Source: the human T2T-CHM13v2.0 reference genome, Homo sapiens. From it: a stretch of 64,000 nucleotides of DNA. Below, one piece after another: positions 51,929 to 64,000 of this stretch. The stretch lies in NCBI RefSeq assembly GCF_009914755.1, contig NC_060939.1; one strand, 5' to 3'. The position numbers and the translations under genes are program-made. The notes beneath the pieces are model-generated. The model did no database searches. It saw nothing but the letters and a program-made list of their open reading frames with translations, and had not been told where the DNA came from. Position 1 is the first letter of the stretch; every line of letters begins with the position of its first letter.

Positions 51929-54258
51929 ATATTATACTGCCTCGTATTGACTCTAGATAACATGAAATTGATGACATTTCACCCTGACTCTTTTCTGCTT
52001 TGCTGCACCCATCATATAACCTCCATTCCCTCCTCCAGCCTCCGCCTGTGTACAACACCAGCCAATTAGGGCCTGGTTTATTGTGAGAAAGGTATGAACC
52101 CTTAAAAACCTACATTTAATCTACTTTAAAATGTTGTTTAGGGACCCATATTAATGGAGTGGTCCCTGAACTTATATTTTCTTGATTTTGGATAATAAGC
52201 ATTTTCTGTACACACATACAAAAATGATGCCTGGTTATATTTGTTTTCATGAGTATATTTTGCCATGTAGAAGATGAGCTTAATAATCAAAACGAAATCC
52301 TGTCTTAAATTTAGGATGCTGTTATAAACAGTTGGATAATATTTCAGTTCCCTTTCTGTAATAAGATGACCAATTTGTTTATAATATTTTTCCCCGAAGG
52401 CTTGAACACAGGTTCCTGCAGAAATGAACACAAAGATCAAGTCATAAATGAAAAGAGACACACATACATGTAACACTAAATCACACAAAGGTTCATAATT
52501 TTTCTAATTCAACTTGTGAAATCAATTAAATTATTGTCAGTTTAGCATTTTAAATGGAACTCCAAAAAATGGAATTTTTATATATTTGCTTATATTGTAT
52601 TTCTTGAACCTCTGCATATTGAGACCCACTAAGAAACCCTGTAAAATTAAGCAAATAACATCAATACTTCTTTTTACTTTTTGAGTTTACTTTTTACTGA
52701 ATTACTTTTTTTACAAGTGAATTCTGTGAAGACAGACCTAAAGGGAACTTACTCTTTGTAGTTATCTAAGTTAGAAAACCCTCTAGGAAAAGGCTTTATT
52801 CCTGGTTGCTGAAGACAGCAATTGTTACTATAACATTGGACATAATACTTTCATATATTTTTTTCTCTTTTAAGGATCCTAATTCATGTTTACATATGCG
52901 GCTTGCCCCGTTACTCATTTTAGATTCCCTTCTATACTAAGATAATTTTTTATCTTAATGCCCATTTTGACAGTGAAGGGTTAAAAAGTCCTGATTAAGT
53001 TGTAAATGGTTGACATTTAGCTATCAAGTATAAATCTGTGGTTAAAACATTCGTGCAAATGAGTTTCAGTGTCTGTTTTTCAACAGGAGCACCCCTGGTA
53101 GCTCTCCATCCCTCCCCTTTTTCTATCTTAGCACTTCATTATAAAAGGGGACAAATTGCAGTACTTTTTCTTCTCCCTCTGTTCCAAGCCCACTGAGAAT
53201 TAAGCTTTCAGAAGAGGTTCTCATTTTGATGCTAAACGGCCCTGATATTTTGCCTGACAAATTAAAGGTGGAATTATACAAAAGTGAGTGGCTTATCCAT
53301 GAAGTGTTTCTACCTCCTGTATGTGTGGCCGGTGGCTGGAAGGCTGGAGAGGCAGAGGCAGCGCCCCTCCTGAGCCCCTCTTAATTTCAGCGTCTGAGTG
53401 GCAGCTGGAAACAAGGCGCTGACTGTTTGCCTGCTGTCCAGTCTTGCATTATTAGGTAAAATAAAAGTCCTTTTCTCTGAGAAACTTTTCACAATAAAAC
53501 AATTCTCAGTCATTCACAAGTCAAAGGCAAAGAAAAAGGAGTCCAGTGTAAAATGCTGTAAACTAGCACATTGTCTTCTGTCATTTTCTCACTATTCACA
53601 GCTGAAAGGGAAAGAAGATGAGAAGGGAAGGGAAGGGGCAAGATAAGGCATCTTTTGACAGAAATGTCAGATCGCAGTCACTGAGGCCTCCAACCATGGC
53701 CCACACTTGAGCTGTGCAATCAGAGTGAACTCTCCAGTCCTCTCTCCAGCCCCAATTCTCTCCTTAGCTGCCTCAGCAACTTTTCTTTCCTTCAACTGCT
53801 TTTATTTTATCTGATAAGACAGTACAAATGTCTATTCCATTCTTCTGTTTAAGGCATTCTACCTAGTTCACAGTTTGGTCTTATAGATACCAAACAATGA
53901 TATATCCTGTGACTCAACGTGCTATTTTTTAAAAATCTAGCTTAATTCACTATCCTCATAATTTGCACGTAACATTATTTTGGTTTTGCCTATGGAGATG
54001 TGGAGGTCTAGAAAAGTTAAGAAAAAAAGTATCTAAATATAGGGTGAAACACACACACACAAAACATACAGATACCCCTTCCTACTATTGGTTTGTCTAA
54101 ATTTCTGTCTTGGTCATGGCAAGATATATTTGGCCACAGCAATGTCCTCATTGTCAGGACCCCTCTATTCCAGGAGGGAGCTGGGTCAAAGAAGATGACC
54201 ATGGTAAGTAGCCTAGGAACTTTCCCCTAGACCCTAGATTTGGGAGCTTCAAGTTTGA

Positions 54259-54842
<584 letters not shown>

Positions 54843-56744
54843 CCTAAAGTATACCATCTGGAAGAAATCTGAGATTTTAGGGATGAGAAACTAGTTTATC
54901 CCTGATACAGCAACTTATCTAGAAATTCTTTCAAATGCTGTCTGCTCAGCTTAAGAGACGAGTGAATCTCTTTGATCGCATGACTGACCCTAGGTTGCAT
55001 ATAGTTGTCACATGTCAGTAGCCTATGTGATCCCAAGCACGGCTCCCCAGCTGGCTGCCAGCTTGCAATATCCCTCCAGTTTTCCTATCTACCAGGTTAA
55101 TTGCTCCCCAATCAAAATTAAAGATGCACTAAGTTCTTGCATTGAGAAAAGGACATCACCCAATTACATTTCCCTATTGTCAATTCTGTGCTATGCATAA
55201 CAGACTTGAAATTGAACTGTGCTCATGGAATTGAGTACAAAAGAGGATTCAATTTAACAAACAGTTGTCGAGTACCTATTATGTATGGCATAATGAATAC
55301 AAATAAAATAGTTTTAAAATCTCCAACAACTCAATTGAAGAGTAATGTAGATTTTTAATGAATATTTATTAGGGATATGGATGGAGTTCAGACCACATCT
55401 TGCAGCAAAACATCTTTAAGATAATTTTTAGATATTTTTTCCAACTACTTATTTTGTGCTAAATGCCCAAGTAATTATCACCTTCCTACTCTTTAACTTT
55501 CTGTGTCTTTTTGCACTCATCCTCATTCCCTGCCTTTCTCAAGCAATCCATCTTCCCTCTCTTGCCTGATTTTTCCATTTAGTTATGTGTCTCTCTCCCT
55601 CGTACTTGCCCATTTGGCATTATGAACTCCCTGGGCTTCCCCAGTGGTGCAAGTCTTTCCATTGTACCACTTAGGCCAAAGCCAGTGACCCATCAATTCA
55701 GATATGAGAACCTTCCTTTCCAGTAGCAGGAAGAAGGGTCATTGTAAATACTTACAATTGTGTTTCCAGAAATATAATTTTTTGTCTATAATTTTTAAAA
55801 TCTGTTTTGCCTTTCATCATAATGATGTGTGTCACTCATAACAGCATTATGCATATGTTGGAATCCAAGGCAATTAATACCTCATCTTTACGGCCTGTGG
55901 TACATGTTTTTTGTATGGTATGCTTAATACATATTTGTTGAATGGAATGAATGCAGAAGTGTTTCAAAGCCAGCCACCTGTGTTGGATCTATTTAATAAA
56001 TTCTATCATATTTATAACACGTCTAACTAAGATATATGTCCCAGGGACACAGATAACTATACTATATAGAGTTAGGATCTTAAAAAAAAAAATTGAAAAG
56101 AAAATATGGTCAGCTTTTGACGTTGGAAATAATGCAACGTTCTTATTACTAAAGCGAGAGCGATTATGCATATATGTCCAATATACCTAATGTAGGGAAG
56201 ACAGAGAATATGTCTGGAAAATTGTTTACTGCAGGAAAGGATCATAACAAAATGCACTGCTATTGTGGGTCTGACTGGGTTATATGCCAGGTATTGTCCT
56301 GGTTAAGTGGCCATTGCTCAAGCCTGACTACTGCCTATAGGGTGAGTTGCTGTGAGATTTTAATTCACGAGAGGGAGGTTGTGGGTAGGAGTGATGCAGT
56401 TCCCGCGCAAGGAAGATTGATTGCATTCATTCAATCCCCACAGCCTGAAAAATACTTCCTATTTATTTTATTCAGAAGCTTGTTGTAACATATCCCAGAG
56501 TTGCCTAGTCATTTTTTTCCACTAGTGAAAAGTCTAATTTCTTTTTCCATTTTTTATTCTTCTATGCAATTGACTCAATTGCAATAAGGGTGTAACATTC
56601 TGCTATATTTGCCTCTCTCTTATCTGGTTTCATCACCAATGCTTGTTTTATCCCAGAGAATGGCCAATAAAAGAGTTAATTCCATTGGGGTGCCTACCTG
56701 ATTCATGTTTGTTCTTGATTGTTCAACCACTACTTAAACAGTAA

Positions 56745-56779
<35 letters not shown>
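56745..56779. repeat. (AAT)n microsatellite
   Basis: ~11 perfect AAT units. Confidence 0.95.
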
Positions 56780-56781
<2 letters not shown>

Positions 56782-57127
56782 TAATTTACAAATGGCTTGT
56801 AATGAATCTGAGGTACCTCAGTTGTCAATTTACCAGTATATGTCAAGTACAGGGGGCACATTTTCCAAAGCTGTGCTTTACTGCTTGACTTTTCTTTAAG
56901 TCAGATTCTGAATGAGAATTAAGGTTAATTAATAAAAATTATTCTCTATTTTGGCAGTTAGCTGAAACCAAATTGATAAACTGTAGTTCAGATATCATTC
57001 ATTAAAGGCTTTATTTTGTTATATGTGTTTGTTTCATACATTGGTAAAAAAACATGTTGAATTTTTAAATGTGTGTATAACCATGTATGTCAGCATATGT
57101 GTATGGCACATTCACATGCATTCCTAC

Positions 57128-57513
57128 TGTATAAGTCCATTCTCACACTGCTATAAAGAACCACCTGAGACTGGGTAATTTATGAAGAAAAGAGGTTTAG
57201 TTGACTCACAGTTTCAGAGGCTTAACAGGAAGCATGAGTGGGAGACCTCAGGAAACTTACAATCATGACAGAGGATGAAAAGGAAGCAAGGCATTTCTCC
57301 TCATTGTGACAGGAGAGAGAGAGAGAAGACAGCAAATGGGGAAGTGTCACACACTTTTAAACTATCAGATCTCATAAGAACTCTATCACAAGAAAAGCAA
57401 GGGGGAAGTCTGGCCCCCATGTTTCAATCACCTCCCACCAGGACTCTCCCCCAATATTGGGAATTACAATTCCACATGAAATTTGGGTGGGGACACAGAG
57501 CCAAACCATACCA
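57128..57513 (-). mobile_element. MSTA solo LTR
   Basis: tgtataagtccattctcacactgctataaagaaccacctgagactgggtaa...ggggacacagagccaaaccatacca. Confidence 0.92.
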
Positions 57514-57799
57514 TCTATTAAAAGTTAGATATCCTTATCTTTTACATTTGAGGAATAGAATATCCCCAAGCCAGAGTCAAAGCTACCAAAGATTGCTTTC
57601 ATATCAAGACTGCTTTATGGTTTCTTCTTTTTCCTCCTAAGTTCACATCAAAGGGTATTCAATATTAACTTTATTATCACTCTTTTAAAAATTGCTTTTT
57701 AGTTCAGTAGGTTACAGATAGCTTTAACCTTTGTCCCCCAAATTCATTTCTGTGGAATATTAATAAGTAGGTGCTTCTACTTATTAATAAGGGTAGGTG

Positions 57800-58486
57800 C
57801 TTCTAGCAAGTCTACCCTTGACAACATGCTAGACAACTTGCTAGAAGAACTCAAAGGACATAGAAAAAAATGTTATACTCATGGTTATAATTTATTACAG
57901 CAAAGAATACAAGTTAAAATCAGCAAAGGGATAAGGCTGGGATACAGTCCAGGAGAAACCAGAGGCAAGATTTCAGGTATCCCCTCCTCATAGATCCAAG
58001 AGGACCTGCTTAATGCCCTCAGCACTGGCAAGTGACCACATGTATGTGGTGCTAACCAAGGAAGCTTACTTGAGCTTTGCTATCCAAGGTTTTTATTGAG
58101 GGTCAATCATGTAGGCATGGAATGCCCTCAGGACTGACCTCAGCTACTCAGACTCCAGTCCCACCATAGAGTTCACCATAAGAAATGTTAGAATAAATAA
58201 AAATAGGTGTTTTCTGAAGGTCACATTGTTAGGATAAATTTATCTAGTCAAACTGATACAGCACAGTCCAAAGCCTGAGGCATACGAAAACAGACATTCG
58301 ATATAAAAACAGCGACAACGACCTCAGGGATATAAACTACTCTTATCAGGCAGAATATTCCAAGGGCTCAGAGCTTATCTTTCATAAGCCACTGGCTACG
58401 AGCCATTCCTGAAAATAGGCGTTTTTCTGGGATGTCCAGTGTTCGAGCAACCCAGGCCTCCTGAGTTAACCCTTTCCTGTCTAACA
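57800..58486 (-). mobile_element. MER68-like LTR
   Basis: Minus strand starts TGTTAGACAGGAAAGGGTTAACTCAGGAGGCCTGGG; body has ctcttatcaggcagaatattccaagggctcagag and ttgctagaagaactca. Confidence 0.75.
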
Positions 58487-60369
58487 GGTGTTACTCAAAA
58501 TTAAGTTCCCTTGGACAAATACTCAGGACGCACTGAAATAAAAACATTAAACAGCTTTCTCCTTTGCTCTTAACACACCAATAGCTGTATGACACTTCAA
58601 GTGTGTGAGTGTAAATGTTTATCTTCACTTAATGGATTTCAAAATCTTTCCCCCCGGAGATCTAATTTTGGGAAATGTTGCTCTAAATGAAATTTCATCC
58701 TTGAGCAAAGTATGTCTGTTCAATCAAAGAAAATGTTAGTTAAAAGGGCAAATGGAAAAACAACCTGAAGCATATGAGTTACTGGTAAAGGAGCCATAGT
58801 TCGGTATTTGACATGAAGAATTGTGATCGTCTCTTAGTATCTGGTGTCTTCATTGTGTTTTAATTGATAACTTTCTACCCAGTGTTTCACAAATCTTTAT
58901 CTTCGGTGTTTTGATCAAAATCTATGTATTTTCTTAACCTTATCACTTTGGTCATGAAAAACCCAGATATTCTGGTTTCTATCATGTTTATTGGAATAAC
59001 TCTCAGTTGTTAATAAGGAAAAAGTATTCAACTATCAAAAGTATAGCAAAATGTCCTTAAGACATCAGTTGATGTTAACTGACTTATAAATAAAAATGAC
59101 CTCCTTGTTTCTGAAAAATGTTTCCCATATGATAACTCACAGATTATATTTGAAATTGCCCATATACCTGCTAGAATTGACTGAACTTACTACTGGGCAA
59201 TTAAAATTCTTTTTATTGTAGTTGTTACTATTACTCTTATTCTGTGAATTTGCAGCAGAGTTACAAATGAGAAAAAAGGGTAATGTAAAAAGCAATTGGA
59301 AATTAGCAGGCAGTCATTTGAAAATTTGGTTTAAAAAAATCTTACGGTCTCATTAATGCAACGTGGTAAAAACACTCTCTCAAGCATTTTGTTTCAAATA
59401 CAATCGTGAAATGAACACGTGGATTTTGCAGAGACAAAAGGAAAGTGAAATCAAGCCAACTTTTTCACAGGAAGATGTCTTAGGGTCCAAGCATTATGAA
59501 TCATTTATTTAGTTCTGAAATCTAATAAAACATCTTTATTAAAATGAAAGCATGTTTCACTACCAGAGATATTTTTGATCTGATAGCAAACAAGTTTTCT
59601 TTTATTTATTTAGCATATGCATCACATATGCTTTTGAAGTAAACATCAACGCATAACAAATAAATACTATACAACCAGACATATTTAATATGTACTGTGT
59701 TGTGCATGAGATGACAACATTTTAAACACACGGGAAGTGTATTGTAGTATTTTAGTATGAAATATATCTTAAGCTCTGTCTTACAGTATGTGTATCTTGT
59801 CCCATAAATGGTATTGATGAAGGTAAGTGCAGAAATATTTTTTAATGGGGAATTCATAGAATCATTGAATTTTCACACTTTTCATTTTGCAGAGTAGATT
59901 TGATGGTACTTCCTTGTTATAGGTAGCATGATATGTTTAATTAATGGATAAATCTTGATCCTCAGCAATCTCAGAGTCAGATATAAATGTCATCAGCAAA
60001 GACAAAAATCTATAGTGCAGACCAGTTATTAGGGTAAAACAAGATGTAATAGAAGTTTATGCATACAAATGAGCAAGGCATCCTATGAAGAAAAGCTGAA
60101 AGATGTATATTTCCCATACTAGACAAAATGGTTCAATAATGATCCTCAGACTGATCAAGACTCTCTGGGACCTTTGGCAGCTTATTCGGTTCCTCAAATA
60201 TTTGAAGAAGCTCAAAAATTAGATCTTCTTTATCTTCAGAGTCCAGCTTGCCATAAGATTTAACCTCAAATTAAGTGTACTGAAGACCGAAGGGACCCAT
60301 GAGGCTTTCTGCAAATAGCAACCAATGAGGACCTTGGGATTTCATCAGACAATGGTATGTGTGGAGGGC

Positions 60370-60550
60370 TCAAGCCAACGCTGGCAAGCAGGCAGTCTTT
60401 GGGCTGAAGTCAGTCTCTAACCAGCTTTATTTTTCTTTGGCCTGTATGATATCAATTTGAAAAATAAGAATATTTCCTATAAATATAATTTTAGCTTTTC
60501 TTGAAGAGATCAGTACCTTTGGCAGCAGTGGGCATAACAACATTGGTTCC
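60370..60550 (+). mobile_element. MER102-like hAT-Charlie fragment
   Basis: atttcctataaatataattttagcttttcttgaagagatcag...tttggcagcagtgggc. Confidence 0.5.
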
Positions 60551-61173
60551 TATTTGTGGAAGACCTCATGGGTCAATGTATGGAACTATCCTAATTGCAT
60601 ATGCTATCTGTCGAGTAATATACATAACTATGTGTGTATGTGAAGTACTTGTAGAGCATGCACACATACACAAACAATTTTGGGAAAATCGTAATTTCTG
60701 TTTTTTCATCATCCATATGGTATTATATAATTTTTTCAGCCCAAACTTTATTGACTGTAGTGGACAAAGTTTGTGTACTACATAAAGAACTTTTCACTGA
60801 AATCATAACCTATGGGTTGTTTGATGTGTGGCAAATTTCTACTATTCTTGCATTTATAAAAGTTCTAATTTCTGACAGTACAGGGCCTTACGGCTACATA
60901 ATTGGCCTCAAACTTTGACCCTTTCAGGATTTACAAGCTCCCTTTAGATTCTATAAGCTTATTGGATGAAGAGAATGCACCTAGAATATTTCTTGACATA
61001 TGCTTTCATGATTATTTTTTTCCCTGGGAATTTTTGGTAGCTTGGATACTCTCATTCACTTGACCTAAATGCTGTAGTAATAAGGAGGAAGATTCCAAAA
61101 ACTTTAGAATTATTTGTTCTTACTCCACTGGGAGGCTTCGTGGAACATTTCAGATATCTTAGTGCCATATTTT

Positions 61174-61535
<362 letters not shown>

Positions 61536-62949
61536 TAATAAGGATTGGCACATTACACACTGGTTGGCACCATCCCAGCACTCCTATTTCTTGGTAAGTT
61601 TTTTCTACCCTTTTCTGTGAACTCCCGGAAGACCAGTTGGAGTTTGTCTCCTGTCTGAGTTAGGCTTTAAGCTTTTGCCAGCTTCAAGTTGTACAAACAC
61701 ACAAAAAGGAGATTATTTTCATGCATCCTAAGTTTTTTAGATGCCTTTTTGCTTGCAAAAGCTGGGGGGTTTTATAATGCCCCCAACTCCAGCATTAGGC
61801 AGAGAAACTTAGTGGCATGTTGAGTAAAATGCAATGCTGTGTTAACGGTTTTGAAAGAAATCAGGAAAGTTAATCATGTGTGGACACAGGGTTAAGAAGC
61901 AATGTAACAGACTATTAAGCTTAATATAGATATGTGATATAAGCATATGCAGACAGCCATTAGCATAAATTCATGTTACAGAAGAGCAGCACGGCATGCC
62001 ACTTGGCGGATTTATAATGTATGTGAGAGGCAAGATGAAGATCAATAGGAGAAGGAAGTGGGTCAGAGAATCCATATACAGGTCCTGGATCAGGATGATA
62101 AAACCACTGCAAATTATTACTACATTATTTTTGAATGGTGTTATTGCCTGAGACTCTATTACATAGACATGTCAAGTGAAGGGACTGAAGACAGGGAAGT
62201 CTGCCATAGTTTCCAGCAGGTTCGGCATGAGAAATGTCCACCTCTGTTAGCTGGAGCTGGCTTTCTTTAATGCTGACAATCATTATGTTAATGATGAATC
62301 ATGTTCAGAGACAGGAATATATAATATTTAGTTATGTTTTGGGGGAAACGTGCATACCTCAATAATTCTAGAGACAATTATATCTCAATAATTCTAATTC
62401 ATGACAGTCATGACATAAAAATTTGAAATGGCCATCAAGCAAACATTCCAAATGCCATATTTGTAAGTAAATTATTCTGGGGGCTCTGCCTTTCAACTAA
62501 AAGAAGCAAATACATATATATTTTTCTCTGTCAGTTTCAATAAAAGCCCACTTATAAGATTTTCTGAGTTATTTGTAGGGACTTCTTTTTTTGGTAGGTG
62601 TTTTGATTTTCTGGTTTACACGGCCAAATGAATAATTTTGGCAAGAAAAGAAGGTGGTTTTTATAAATCTGGAAAATAAAAATACTTTCAGAAACAGAAG
62701 AAAGCAGTTATCATCCATGATCATGGTAGAAAATTTTACTTCAATTGGGTCTCAATCTATTTTAACCAATGCCCTTTTCTGTTTTCCCTAAGTTTTTAAA
62801 ATTGAAAGTCTTTTGAGAAAAATTTTAGTTCAAACTTTCTAAGACCCAGACAATAAGAACACAATGCTTGCAAAATTTTAAAAACCATCAATTTGCTCTT
62901 TGTTTTTTCCAAGGAGGAAACAAAACTAGCAGTAGGTTCGGTGAGTGTG

Positions 62950-63040
62950 TCCTCTCTTCCTCTCTTATTTCCCTTTCCTTCCTTCCTTTCTTTCTTCCTT
63001 CCTTCTTTCTGTTTCTTTCGCTCTCTCTCTCTTTACTTTC
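62950..63040. repeat. CT-rich low-complexity tract (TTCC/TTTC/CT)
   Basis: Near-pure pyrimidine tract. Confidence 0.85.
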
Positions 63041-63271
63041 TGAAACCAAACATCTCCAGAGCCTACTGGAGATGATCACTATTCTTTTTTTTTTTTTTTC
63101 TTTCAGAGAAGCGCCAAGGACATTAATATGTCCCAACTCTTTTCTCTCTTCTGACCAACTGCTATTAATATTTCACATTCTACAATCTGAACTCTGTCCC
63201 TTTAGCCTAAAGTTAGTATCTCTGTAAAATATCTATTTCCTTGAAAAGATCGTCACTCAAAGTTCTGATCA

Positions 63272-63582
63272 GGCTGGGTGTGGTGGCTTATGCCTGTAAT
63301 CCCAGCACTCCGTGAGGCTGATGCAAGAGAATTGCATGAGCCCAGGAATTAGAGACCAGTCTGGGTAACATAGGGAGACCACATCTCTATCAAAATATTT
63401 AAAAATTAGCCAGATGTGGTAGTATGTGCCTGTAGTCCCAGTTACTTGGGTGGCTGAAGTGGGAGGATTGCTTGAACCTAGCAGGTCGAGGCTGCAGTGA
63501 GCCATGACTATATCACTGCACTTGAGGCTGGATGACAGAGTGAAACTTTATTTCAAAAAAAATTTTTTTAATTAAAAAATAA
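63272..63582 (+). mobile_element. AluJ
   Basis: Dimer with ggaggattgcttgaacc...gtcgaggctgcagtgagccatgact; flanking aagttct repeat. Confidence 0.93.
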
Positions 63583-63819
63583 TAGAAGTTCTCTTCAATA
63601 TTTCATTTCTTAGGTTGAGGTGGGGCTATGAAAGAAGTGTAACAGGACTGGAGGGCCAGTGCGGCCACAGCAAACATATGAGAGAGAGAAAGTCAATGAG
63701 AATCCATAGAGCAAGAAGAGAAAAGTATTGCAAAGATTGAACACCTTGATTGCTTCCCCATTTATGCCTAGTGTTCCAATATGCCTATCCTTACTTATCT
63801 TCTTCTTCAAGAAGAAATA

Positions 63820-64000
63820 GTAGCAGTACTGCTAATATTCATGATATTGACCACAGCTAGCATTTAATAAGAGACAGCTATAGGCCAAGCACTTTGCTGT
63901 GGGCTATCCCCGTGTTATATGACTTAGTCATCACCACAATTCATTATTCCCAATTTATTGATGACAAAATAACCACAAAGTTTAAGAACTATTCCTTGCT
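63820..64000 (-). mobile_element. MIR
   Basis: cagctagcatttaa...ggccaagcactttgct...tcatcaccacaa...attattcccaattt...gatga. Confidence 0.6.

Noticed and set aside
53355-53376. CTCF site (ggcagcgcccctcctgag)
   Set aside because: Only the GGCGCTG end fits; the core spacing is off by one base from CCASYAGRKGGCRS.

Overview
Primate (human-like) non-coding genomic DNA, AT-rich and dominated by interspersed repeats: Alu, L1, L2, L3/CR1, MIR, MaLR and ERV LTRs, and hAT DNA elements. I find no credible protein-coding gene. The ORF-track proteins are decayed L1 ORF1/ORF2 pieces, ERV gag/pol/env stubs, Alu-derived frames or chance ORFs. The main structure is a ~7.5 kb minus-strand, non-autonomous ERV1 provirus (LTR28/MER52-group LTRs, tRNA-Pro PBS, PPT). 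It splits a MER21A LTR, contains an MLT2A1 LTR, and retains only stubs of gag MA, the RT YxDD region and an env tail. Also present: an RT-deleted L1PA15/16-type element with a ~113-bp 5'UTR tandem array nested in an older L1M, a tailless 5S rRNA retropseudogene fragment, a twin-primed L1 inversion, an unusual AluY, and several small fold-back or duplication scars. I cannot support a new biological system here; the findings are mostly TE-evolution and repair footprints plus candidate regulatory sites. Repeat subfamily names come from recalled consensus sequences and need RepeatMasker/Dfam confirmation. Boundaries of old elements are approximate.
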